From the NCBI GenBank assembly GCA_041907145.1, contig JAYRHW010000189.1, positions 3,624-67,623 on the forward strand: a stretch of DNA of 64,000 nucleotides. The letters run 5' to 3'. The first letter of the stretch is position 1, and each line of letters starts with the position of its first letter. The notes beneath the pieces are model-generated. The model did not search any database. It worked only from the letters and a program-made list of their open reading frames with translations, and had not been told where the DNA came from. A program made the translations under genes and the position numbers. Of this stretch, positions 1 to 8,044 are shown piece after piece. The DNA is from Bdellovibrionota bacterium. Lineage in GTDB: Bacteria; Bdellovibrionota_C; UBA2361; JAFLCA01.

Positions 1-787
1 CCCCATCAGTGAGGGGGCTCGAGTTCCCCGCTGTCAGCGTGCCCTGGGGGCCGCGATCAAATACCGGTTTCAATGTCGAAAGCTTCTCGAGCGTGGTATC
101 CGCTCGAACTATATTGTCCTTATTTACTCCGTCCAGCGCCTCTATCTCGGCGTCCAACTTACCTTCCTTTTGCGCACGAGCGGCATTCTGATGACTCTTG
201 AGGGCGATGCGATCCTGCAGCTCCCGTGCGATGCCGAATTCCTTCGCTGTCATTTCACAGTGCTGCCCCATCGTAAGTCCGGTTGAGGGCTCCTTGGGAC
301 TCGGGGGCTGCGGCAGCAGCAAGCGCGGCCGGAAGGCAGCGAGGATGCTCAGCTTCTCGCCTATGCTCCGAGCTCTAGCCAATTTAAGAAAGAGAGCCTC
401 GCCTTTGGGATGCAATGTCAGCGCCGGACGCGACATAGACTCCGAGCCGCCGGCAATTCCCACCTTTATGCGTCCAGCCTGAATGGACTCGGCGATCATA
501 TTAGCAGCCACGAGCCCGCTGATGCAGTTATTGGAAACAAAGTGGGCAGGCAAGGATTTAGGCAAACCGGCGCGCAAAACCAACTCGCGCGCCGCATTTG
601 GGGTTCGAGGATCGAGCAGCACCGTGCTGAAGACCAGCTCGTCAATGGAATTAGGGTCCAGGCTCAGACGACGCACCAACGAACTTACCGCGTGCACGCC
701 CAGATCGAGGAAGCTCTTCGCAGCAAAAGCGCCAGCGGCCTTAACGAAAGGCGTGCGGCACCCGCCTACAATTGCTACGCGCGTCAT
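1..787 (-). CDS. acetyl-CoA C-acyltransferase (thiolase, FadA/FadI-like), N-terminal ~262 aa; C-terminus lies beyond window start
   Basis: My own minus-strand translation from ATG at ~787: MTRVAIVGGCRTPFVKAAGAFA...DPNSIDELVFSTVL...NAARELVLRAGLPKSLPAHFVSNNCISGLVAANMIAESIQAGRIKVGIAGGSESMS. This is the thiolase N-terminal signature, including the active-site Cys in the N-x-x-C-x-SGL context. GGAG sits 5 nt upstream of the ATG. Not in the ORF track because the stop is outside the window. Confidence 0.6.
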   Translation of the reverse strand, partial: MTRVAIVGGCRTPFVKAAGAFAAKSFLDLGVHAVSSLVRRLSLDPNSIDELVFSTVLLDPRTPNAARELVLRAGLPKSLPAHFVSNNCISGLVAANMIAESIQAGRIKVGIAGGSESMSRPALTLHPKGEALFLKLARARSIGEKLSILAAFRPRLLLPQPPSPKEPSTGLTMGQHCEMTAKEFGIARELQDRIALKSHQNAARAQKEGKLDAEIEALDGVNKDNIVRADTTLEKLSTLKPVFDRGPQGTLTAGNSSPLTDG

Positions 788-1000
788 AGTGGCTCCGTGG
801 ATTGTAACCGCAGTCAGCGTACAATATCAGGCTTCGGAGCACACCCGATCATTTAATCTTAATCGACTGCCATCTCGTTTCCCCAAAAAGGGAGGCTACT
901 GTCATTTGCACCACAAAAACTACGAAGGAAGGAGATAGAGAAATGTACCTTTGTGGTGGACTAACTCCAGTGTTTGCACCGTTCTCAACCTTGGCGCCGC

Positions 1001-1927
1001 TCAAGTGCCGAAGAGCGGAACCTGCTTGCTGAGCAAGGCCTCGCGCTTCGGGATTCGAAGCTTCTCAGGCGCAAGTTTTTCAATTTCGGTGATTACCATG
1101 TTGGCAGTATCGGGACGCAGCCAGTGGAATTTGCGATCCTGAGCCAACTTCTTAGCTAGACTTGTAGTTCTTATTTTTCGCTCCGTTCGTTCCGTCCCGT
1201 CAGTAATCGACCGGACATAAACATAATCACCATGCTCGACCAACATCTCGGCGAAGCGGTGAGCATCGGATCTCCAATCACCGTACGGCAGCACTGGCGA
1301 GGCCTGCAGAGTTACTTCGATTCCGAAGCGTCTAAGGGCGGTCACCGCCTTTAGCCTCTCCTCGATACGCGGCAGCCCCGGCGTGTAACGTCTTACCGAC
1401 TCATCAAGGGTAGTCTCGACTCCAAAGGTTACCGAGCAATTACGGCCCAGCTTTGACAGCACTGGCATGGCGATAACGATTAAGGGCGACCTAGTTTGTA
1501 TGGCCAGGTGCCCGGGGGTGTAGCGTCGGAATAGGTCCAAGAATTTCATGCTGGCGTCAAACTTGTGTTCGAATGGCAAGAATGGATCGGTGGTTGTTCC
1601 AAAGTAGACTATCGAGGAGCGGAGCGTTCCCTGATTGGAAAGCCGCATCAGATGGCGTTCTAGCTCGCAGAATGGGTTTTGCTTGTTTAGGGTATAACGG
1701 CTGCGAAGACGTACCAGTTCGGAATCATCCTCGATTCGAAGGTGATAATGGTCTCTAGGGTCCTCACGGTCCGGGAGCCGGTGCTGTCCAAAGGCTATGC
1801 CGTTGGCGAAGGAATCGACGGTATACGTACTAATTGAAAGCTCTGCGCCGCTATCTGCTTTCACTTCTACTTTCTCGTTCATATGTAAGACCCCTTTATA
1901 TAAAGGGGGCTGCGTTCTGACGAACAA
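1001..1927 (-). CDS. hypothetical protein; C-terminal half loosely resembles SPL/DNA-photolyase-like (COG1533) radical-SAM-type fold but no CxxxCxxC cluster present
   Basis: 308-aa ORF with ordinary composition. Segments such as IVYFGTTTDPFLPFE and GIEVTLQASPVLPYG recall the radical-SAM SPL family, but the ORF holds only a single Cys in its N-terminal half. Confidence 0.45.
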   Translation of the reverse strand: MFVRTQPPLYKGVLHMNEKVEVKADSGAELSISTYTVDSFANGIAFGQHRLPDREDPRDHYHLRIEDDSELVRLRSRYTLNKQNPFCELERHLMRLSNQGTLRSSIVYFGTTTDPFLPFEHKFDASMKFLDLFRRYTPGHLAIQTRSPLIVIAMPVLSKLGRNCSVTFGVETTLDESVRRYTPGLPRIEERLKAVTALRRFGIEVTLQASPVLPYGDWRSDAHRFAEMLVEHGDYVYVRSITDGTERTERKIRTTSLAKKLAQDRKFHWLRPDTANMVITEIEKLAPEKLRIPKREALLSKQVPLFGT

Positions 1928-2308
1928 ACAGCATTACAACCCTGACCAACCTTTGCTCACTTCGAACTTCGGTTGGTTAGCTCCTAAGTGCCCTCTCGAG
2001 GCCTCACTTCTAGGAGCTAAGGAGCCAATGACTCCCCTTCAGAACCAAACCCCGCGAACTTCAACTCGCTTAAACTTTTGACGCAAGATCTCGGCAAAAG
2101 GTTCAAGCCACTTAAAGTATTTATAGGTTATATACGGCGAGGCCTCAGAAGCGGCCCCTACTAGTGCGCAGGTGGTAAAATCTTGAGTGAATCCGATTGC
2201 CCCAACCCTGTTTCAGCTGTTTACAAATCTGCCCTGCTTTATGATAATGCCTGGCCTGGGGCTGCATCCTTCTTACCAAGCAGATTCCCCTGTTCGAGGA
2301 GTCAAGAA

Positions 2309-2635
2309 ATGGCTGGAAACGTTCAAGATATTTCAGACGCAGACTTTGATACAGAGGTCGTAAAATCCGGTATACCGGTTCTTTTGGACTTCTGGGCCCC
2401 GTGGTGCGGACCTTGCAAAAGTATTGCTCCCGTTATCGAGGAACTGGCAAAGGAGTACGCTGGAAAGGTCAAATTCGCCAAAATGAACGTGGACGAGAAT
2501 CCTCGAACCCCCTCCAAGTTCAATGTGCGCGGCATTCCCTACCTTGCTTTTTTCAAGGGCGGCGAAGTAGTTGAGCATATTGTCGGGGCTGTCCCCAAAG
2601 ATCAGCTCACTGCTGCGATTAAACGCGTCCTTTAG
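2309..2635 (+). CDS. trxA: thioredoxin
   Basis: WAPWCGPCK active-site motif. Length 108 aa from the internal ATG at 2309 ([18 protein letters not shown]...), with GGAG 8 nt upstream. The track ORF 2183..2635 starts earlier at an upstream in-frame start. Confidence 0.9.
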   Translation: MAGNVQDISDADFDTEVVKSGIPVLLDFWAPWCGPCKSIAPVIEELAKEYAGKVKFAKMNVDENPRTPSKFNVRGIPYLAFFKGGEVVEHIVGAVPKDQLTAAIKRVL

Positions 2636-2775
2636 TTTTTAGCGCTAATTATATCTGCGCTTCCGGCCGGGAATTCCGCCGCCGTTTATTGTGTATCCGG
2701 CGATCCTATCCGAATCTCCATTCACACACGCAACGATAGAGGAATGCGTGTGCCTCAAATACATGGAGGTTCACT

Positions 2776-2940
2776 ATGGTTGATTCAATCAGTCGGGCAT
2801 CAAGCCCCGTCGCGCCAAAATTAGATATTAAGCCCAAAGAAGAGAAAGTACAGCAAGCTTCGCGAAACGAAGAGTCGCGTGATGAAGAGAAAGTCTCTTC
2901 AGACGAACGCGAGGGAAGCCGTAAGCTCGTCGAAGCATAA
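2776..2940 (+). CDS. small highly charged 54-aa protein (MVDSISRASSPVAPKLDIKPKEEKVQQASRNEESRDEEKVSSDEREGSRKLVEA), function unknown
   Basis: Read directly from the sequence. Strong RBS GGAGG 6 nt upstream of the ATG, clean stop TAA. Shorter than the 60-aa track cutoff. Low-complexity, K/E/S-rich. Confidence 0.3.
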   Translation: MVDSISRASSPVAPKLDIKPKEEKVQQASRNEESRDEEKVSSDEREGSRKLVEA

Positions 2941-3131
2941 CGCCCCAACGCTCCACACTCTCTCGGAGCGCGTGGCGAGAGAGCTGCCTGCGCAGAAGAT
3001 TAGGCACCCTTAACAGCCAGGGCGTTCGATCTCCTGCGCAGCGCTATTTTCCATCCTAATCTCAGTAGACGCTCAAAATTCTTTGCGCTAGACTCGCGAT
3101 TCCGATTTCAAATCTCGCGAAAGAGTTTTGC

Positions 3132-4628
3132 ATGCAGCAGCCCGACAATCCGCAGGCATCTTCATTCGAGACCCCTGGCCATCCAGATGCCTCATCACGT
3201 GCGCAATCTGCAAAGCGGCCGGAGATCACCTCTGCTCATAGGTTTAGCGGCACTTCGGTTGGAACAGTGGTAGCGAAGAGACCCTTGGATGTCGAAACTC
3301 AGGACGAATCTCCGGCCAGTCGATACCGAATCCGTCCGGATGAATTCTTGGAAATCACTTCTTCCGACGATCGCGACAGCTTGCGACACCAGCTCATTTC
3401 CGCACTCACCGCGTGTTTGGATAGAGAATCTGCCATTTACCTCGAGGGCCTGGGGATCCTCTTCCCTCATATGGAGGTTAAGCAGCGTACACGAACGCTG
3501 CGCGAAAAGTTCTTGGTTCACAACGATACTGTCCGCTCTGTTCGTTTCGAAAAATGCAGCGAGCTTATCCCCTACCATTGGGAGAAGTTTGGACGCATCG
3601 TCGAAACGAGAGAGCTGGTCCACTCCGTTTATGCCGAGCTTCCCCTGGCTCTCAAAACACGCTGGACTGAAAGCGAATTTCGCTCAATTGTCCGAGGCTA
3701 TCTGAGCCTCGTGCGCAGGGAAATCGTGCGGCGGGGATTTAGTCATGAACTTTCCCCTGTCGTAGACTTCTTCGCCCTGCATAATCGCCAAGGAAGAACG
3801 GAAAACGACTGGTTCGCCGGAGCGGATATCTTCGTGCAACCGCGATACGAACAGACTTTGTTCATTGAGCCGTGTGTTATAAAGCAGCGCCCGTGTCTAG
3901 AAAGTGGCTGGGAGCTCCTGGAGGCTGCCTTTGGCAAGCCCTGCCGAATCATGACCTTGGATTTGGTGCGGGAGCTGTCTAACCTGGGATACGATCCTCG
4001 AGCGCTCGACGACGCTGCGGATGTGAACATGCGGAGCATTCCGGTTGCGGTTTTCGAGCGTCCCGGCACCCCCCATAGTCTCGTGTATTGCACTGATGGC
4101 CTGCGACTGCTGAGCCGCCCTGCCCCCGAGACCAAAGAGGTTCGCCCAGGCAATGAGCTCGTGTTTCAGCTTTCACTTCCACCGGGCGAGGCGAGCTGCA
4201 ATGAGGCGGCGGAGATCCCGGATTGGCCGCTGCGTCCCCTTACTATGGGCTGGATCCTCATGCAAAGCGCGCGTTCTAAGACGATACGTTGCGGAGCAGG
4301 ACTTTCCTGCGACGTGCCTCTGATCCCTGACAGCGACACGGAATTGAGAAGCATTTTTGCGACTAGTTTTTCTTGCGTTCGGCATGAACAGCTCTGCCTT
4401 GATCGCCCCTTCAGTTATGTCAATTTAATTGGGATTACCGCCGACGAGGCGGCCGTTGCTGCTCGATATTCGCCTGAATTTCTATTGCGCTTGCTCGAGC
4501 ACCGCGACCTTGACCAATGCACGAAGCCCGGACGCTCCTCAATAGTAGCAAAGACCGGATTGCTCGACGCTGTACCTGTGGCTGCCGCTGCCAGAACTGA
4601 AAATACGCAGATACTCCCGAACGCCTAG
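3132..4628 (+). CDS. hypothetical 498-aa protein; possible HU/IHF-like segment near N-terminus and SUFU-like C-terminal region (both unverified)
   Basis: Long ORF with normal composition. Segment ISALTACLDRESAIYLEGLGILFPHMEV resembles the HU-fold pattern (..V.L.GFG.F.V). The C-terminal part (HSLVYCTDGLRLL...ELVFQLSLPP) is weakly SUFU-like. Confidence 0.55.
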   Translation: MQQPDNPQASSFETPGHPDASSRAQSAKRPEITSAHRFSGTSVGTVVAKRPLDVETQDESPASRYRIRPDEFLEITSSDDRDSLRHQLISALTACLDRESAIYLEGLGILFPHMEVKQRTRTLREKFLVHNDTVRSVRFEKCSELIPYHWEKFGRIVETRELVHSVYAELPLALKTRWTESEFRSIVRGYLSLVRREIVRRGFSHELSPVVDFFALHNRQGRTENDWFAGADIFVQPRYEQTLFIEPCVIKQRPCLESGWELLEAAFGKPCRIMTLDLVRELSNLGYDPRALDDAADVNMRSIPVAVFERPGTPHSLVYCTDGLRLLSRPAPETKEVRPGNELVFQLSLPPGEASCNEAAEIPDWPLRPLTMGWILMQSARSKTIRCGAGLSCDVPLIPDSDTELRSIFATSFSCVRHEQLCLDRPFSYVNLIGITADEAAVAARYSPEFLLRLLEHRDLDQCTKPGRSSIVAKTGLLDAVPVAAAARTENTQILPNA

Positions 4629-4694
4629 GGTGCTCGCAAACATAGTCACAATAGTTTTGGCGTCTACTGTAGAAACGGCCCAGTGCTGTCGTGA

Positions 4695-5114
4695 TCAGAA
4701 ACGCACATGTTTAATCGCCGCGACCGTGTGCGAAGAAAAAATATCCTCGCCGGAGAGGAAGGAAGCGCGCTGAGAGGGCAAAGCGCTGAGAGAATTATCG
4801 CCGAATACGGCGAATACTGATTGCAACGACTTGCTGCTCCACAATTCCCTAATCGAATCATCGAAAAAGCGGGCGAATGAGAGCCCAGCTCGCGGACTAG
4901 TGGTAGAGATTTGCCGCTCCAAATCAAGACCGAGCCGGTCTGCGGCGCTATTACTTGCGATCCGTCCCCACTTATCATGCGTCGGAAGCTTGGAGGCCTG
5001 GTAGAGATCCTTGGCGTATCTATCGACCGGCGGGCAAAGCAAAACCACCTCGGAATAGATCCAATTTGAAACGAGAAACGATACGAAAAATCGGGCTATC
5101 CAGCCAAACAGCAT
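4695..5114 (-). CDS. hypothetical protein (139 aa), weak call
   Basis: Only plausible ORF in the 680-nt gap between flanking genes. Hydrophobic N-terminus, weak RBS. Could be non-coding. Confidence 0.2.
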   Translation of the reverse strand: MLFGWIARFFVSFLVSNWIYSEVVLLCPPVDRYAKDLYQASKLPTHDKWGRIASNSAADRLGLDLERQISTTSPRAGLSFARFFDDSIRELWSSKSLQSVFAVFGDNSLSALPSQRASFLSGEDIFSSHTVAAIKHVRF

Positions 5115-5312
5115 GCCCTACCCTAACTCCAGAATACGAATTCTTCTTACTATTGTTATTGAGGCAACCAGAAACCGTGCCTACTAGGGCAAAAACATCG
5201 GTAATATTAGAACGTTATATCTTTAGGCTGAACTCAAGAAGCGGATCCTATCGGCCGATACCTAACTAAGAAGAATCACGAGTCGAAGGCTCCGAAATCT
5301 CAGCAGAAATTC

Positions 5313-6062
5313 ATGTCGACGTTCAAGAAATACGATGCGCTTCTGATTGACCCTGATATCGGGTCGCGCATGCGGCTCAAACAGGCCACCACCGCTGTTA
5401 CGAACTTCGGCAAAGTGACTCAAGTAAACGGTCTTCGTGAGGCGGGGGATAAACTAAAGGCAAACGAGCATTGCGACGTGGCCTTTATTTCCTTCAAATG
5501 TGATTTTGCCGAAGCGGGCAATTTTGTAAAATCAGCCAAGAGCTTGCCATCGGCACAGGATGCGGCATTTATTCTTGTCCTTGGCGGAAAGGGTCAGGAT
5601 AGTTCAACGGTTGCGAGTAGCGTGATGTCAGGGTTCGATGGCTGTCTCTTCGAACCCTTCTCTGTAGACATGCTGCTTGAAATTACGGAGATAGCAGCGC
5701 GAGTCCGCAAGGAGCGGTCCCGCGCTCGTGAGGAAGCAGCGCTGCGCTTACTTATTACCGATCTGATGAATCAAATTGACCTAGTCGCCTATCTCAAGCA
5801 GATAAAGAGTGAGAGTGGTCGTGCGATAAAGAAACTTCGCGATACCTGCGCAATCCTAAAGACGCTCTCGCCAGAGTCCTTTCAGCTCTATCAGAGCCTC
5901 GCCCTTGATATGCTCGAACAGGCGCCGCCTCCCAAGAAGATCTTCCAGCGCAAGCAATATTCGGGCGCTAGTTCTCGTATCAAGAAGAAGATGGAAGACA
6001 AGCTGCTGGCCGAGCTAGAAGCTGAATCCTCTAAGGGTCAAGGCGAACCGACCTCCAACTAA
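5313..6062 (+). CDS. pseudo-receiver (degenerate CheY-like REC) domain protein with helical C-terminal region
   Basis: N-terminus reads LLIDPD...CDVAFISF...ILVLGG...GCLFEPF, following the REC beta-alpha pattern. It retains the Asp pair and the phospho-acceptor Asp, but lacks the conserved Thr/Ser and Lys (E in FEPF). The C-terminal ~120 aa is charged and helical. Confidence 0.55.
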   Translation: MSTFKKYDALLIDPDIGSRMRLKQATTAVTNFGKVTQVNGLREAGDKLKANEHCDVAFISFKCDFAEAGNFVKSAKSLPSAQDAAFILVLGGKGQDSSTVASSVMSGFDGCLFEPFSVDMLLEITEIAARVRKERSRAREEAALRLLITDLMNQIDLVAYLKQIKSESGRAIKKLRDTCAILKTLSPESFQLYQSLALDMLEQAPPPKKIFQRKQYSGASSRIKKKMEDKLLAELEAESSKGQGEPTSN

Positions 6063-6104
6063 CCCCGCATAGACCCCCCTTCCCCGCTATGCCATTCTAA
6101 GTCG

Positions 6105-6959
6105 ATGAATTCTGAGGTTACGAAGTCCCAGTGGTGGGAATTACGCCTTTCCGCGACTTATCCTGAGGAGGTCGCGGCTTTATTGGTGAACGCCGGAGCC
6201 GGCGGGGCGCAAATTCTCGATGAACACCACCTTTTAGTTTACCTGCAGGCAACTTCGTCTGGCTTAGAGGAGTTTCTGAAGCAGGCGGCGCAGTGCGGCG
6301 CTACTCTCATCGACACTACACCGGTTATACAGGAGAACTGGACCGCGCAGTGTCCCGAGCTTTGGCGGCCCATTTCAGTCGGCGAGCTCAAAGTCATTCC
6401 CGTTGATGAGCTGAGTCCCTTCACGGAACGAAAGCGACCTACCGCGACTGAGATCCTCATCGTGCCCGGCACAGGCTTCGGCACGGGGCACCATGCTTCC
6501 ACTGCCATGCTGCTCGAGCTCCTGCAGTCCGACCCGGTACGGGCACTCGCTCCAGCCCAAGTTCTGGATATTGGGACGGGGAGCGGAATTCTGGCAATCG
6601 CCTCCCATAAGCTTTTTGGGGCAAGGGTAGTCGCCACTGATATCGATCCACTGGCCCTAGAGAATGCACGGCAAAACGTTTCCCTGAATGAATGCAGTGC
6701 GGCTATTGAAATAGCCGCCAAGGAGTCATCGCTTCTACAGGGTAGTTTCGCCTTGATCGTGGCTAACATCTATGCTGAAGTACTTTGCAGCTTAAGGCCT
6801 GATTTTGAACGACTTTTGGCACCTTCCGGCCTGCTGCTCATGTCCGGGATCATGCTCCCCAAGTTTGCTGGTCTTCTGCAGGATTTCGAGCAGCACGGAT
6901 GGCATTTGAAGTTGCGCTGCGATCGTGATGGCTGGGTCAGCGTGATCATGAGCCGGTAG
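6105..6959 (+). CDS. prmA: ribosomal protein L11 methyltransferase
   Basis: PGTGFGTGHHASTAMLLELL and VLDIGTGSGILAIA (SAM-binding) motifs typical of PrmA. Confidence 0.85.
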   Translation: MNSEVTKSQWWELRLSATYPEEVAALLVNAGAGGAQILDEHHLLVYLQATSSGLEEFLKQAAQCGATLIDTTPVIQENWTAQCPELWRPISVGELKVIPVDELSPFTERKRPTATEILIVPGTGFGTGHHASTAMLLELLQSDPVRALAPAQVLDIGTGSGILAIASHKLFGARVVATDIDPLALENARQNVSLNECSAAIEIAAKESSLLQGSFALIVANIYAEVLCSLRPDFERLLAPSGLLLMSGIMLPKFAGLLQDFEQHGWHLKLRCDRDGWVSVIMSR

Positions 6960-7001
6960 CTCTGATGGTCAAAATGTTCACTTATTGCGGAATGGAATGA
7001 C

Positions 7002-8030
7002 ATGAAAGCGGTATTTTTCGAACAACATGGCGGCATCGAAGTTTTAAAATATGCTGACTTGCCTATGCCGAAGCCGGGACCAGGCGAGGCGCTGATCAAA
7101 GTTCGTGCCGTCGCGCTCAATCATTTGGATATCTGGGTACGCCGCGGCTGGAAAGGTCTCGTGCTTGATATGCCGCATATCACGGGAAGCGATATCGCAG
7201 GTGAAATCGTCGAAGTCAACGCCGAGTCTCAGTGGACGGCGGGTACCCGAGTCATAATTAATCCCGGAATTATCGGGGCTGATGATGAGTGGGTGCGAAA
7301 CGGCGAAGACAGCGTGAGCCCCAGTTACCGGATTATCGGTGAGCAGCTCCGCGGGGGTATGGCAGAATACGTGGTCGTTCCCATCGTCAACGTCTTCAAA
7401 ACCCCCGAGGGGCTCAAAGATGAAGACGCTTGCGCACCACTGTTGGTCGGCACGACCTGCTGGCGCATGTTGTTCAAGCGCGCCGACTTGCGCGCCGGAG
7501 AATCCGTGCTAGTCGTCGGCTCCGGGGGCGGTGTGAACTCTCTTTCCATCCAAATAGCACGTGCAGCCGGCGCCACCGTCTATGTTCTGGCCGGAAGCAA
7601 GGAAAAGGCTAAAAAGGCGCTCGAACTAGGTGCCCACGAAGTAATTAACTATGCGGAGAAATCCAATTGGGCCGTCGAGGTCCTGAAACTCACGAAAGGT
7701 CGAGGCGTTGATGTCGTAGTCGATAACGTCGGTACCAAGACCATGGCATTTTCTGTTCGAGCCGTGGCGCGCGGCGGACGCATCGTTATGGTCGGCAGCA
7801 CGAGCGGCTATGAACTACCGCTGGATGCTCGCCTCTTCTTTACCAAGCAAATTTCGCTCCTGGGTTCGACCATGGGCAACCGTCAAGACTTCGTTGATGC
7901 GCTCCATTTCATGATGACACACGACATCAGGCCTGCAATTGATACCGTCGCCCCTCTTAAGGATGGAATTAAAATGTTGCAGCGACTAGAGACGGGCCAG
8001 CAGTTCGGAAAGATTGTCTTGAAGCCATAG
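7002..8030 (+). CDS. zinc-binding alcohol dehydrogenase / quinone oxidoreductase family (MDR superfamily)
   Basis: MKAVFFEQHGGIEVLKYADLPMPKPGPGEALIKVRAVALNHLD plus a Rossmann GxGxxG (VVGSGGGVNS). Length 342 aa. Confidence 0.8.
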   Translation: MKAVFFEQHGGIEVLKYADLPMPKPGPGEALIKVRAVALNHLDIWVRRGWKGLVLDMPHITGSDIAGEIVEVNAESQWTAGTRVIINPGIIGADDEWVRNGEDSVSPSYRIIGEQLRGGMAEYVVVPIVNVFKTPEGLKDEDACAPLLVGTTCWRMLFKRADLRAGESVLVVGSGGGVNSLSIQIARAAGATVYVLAGSKEKAKKALELGAHEVINYAEKSNWAVEVLKLTKGRGVDVVVDNVGTKTMAFSVRAVARGGRIVMVGSTSGYELPLDARLFFTKQISLLGSTMGNRQDFVDALHFMMTHDIRPAIDTVAPLKDGIKMLQRLETGQQFGKIVLKP

Positions 8031-8044
8031 TTCCTGTTGGCTGA

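Noticed and set aside
9-938. Several plus-strand ORFs (60-151 aa, Arg/Ala-rich) at the left edge
   Set aside because: The minus strand here encodes a clean thiolase N-terminus with catalytic motifs. The plus-strand ORFs are high-GC antisense artefacts.
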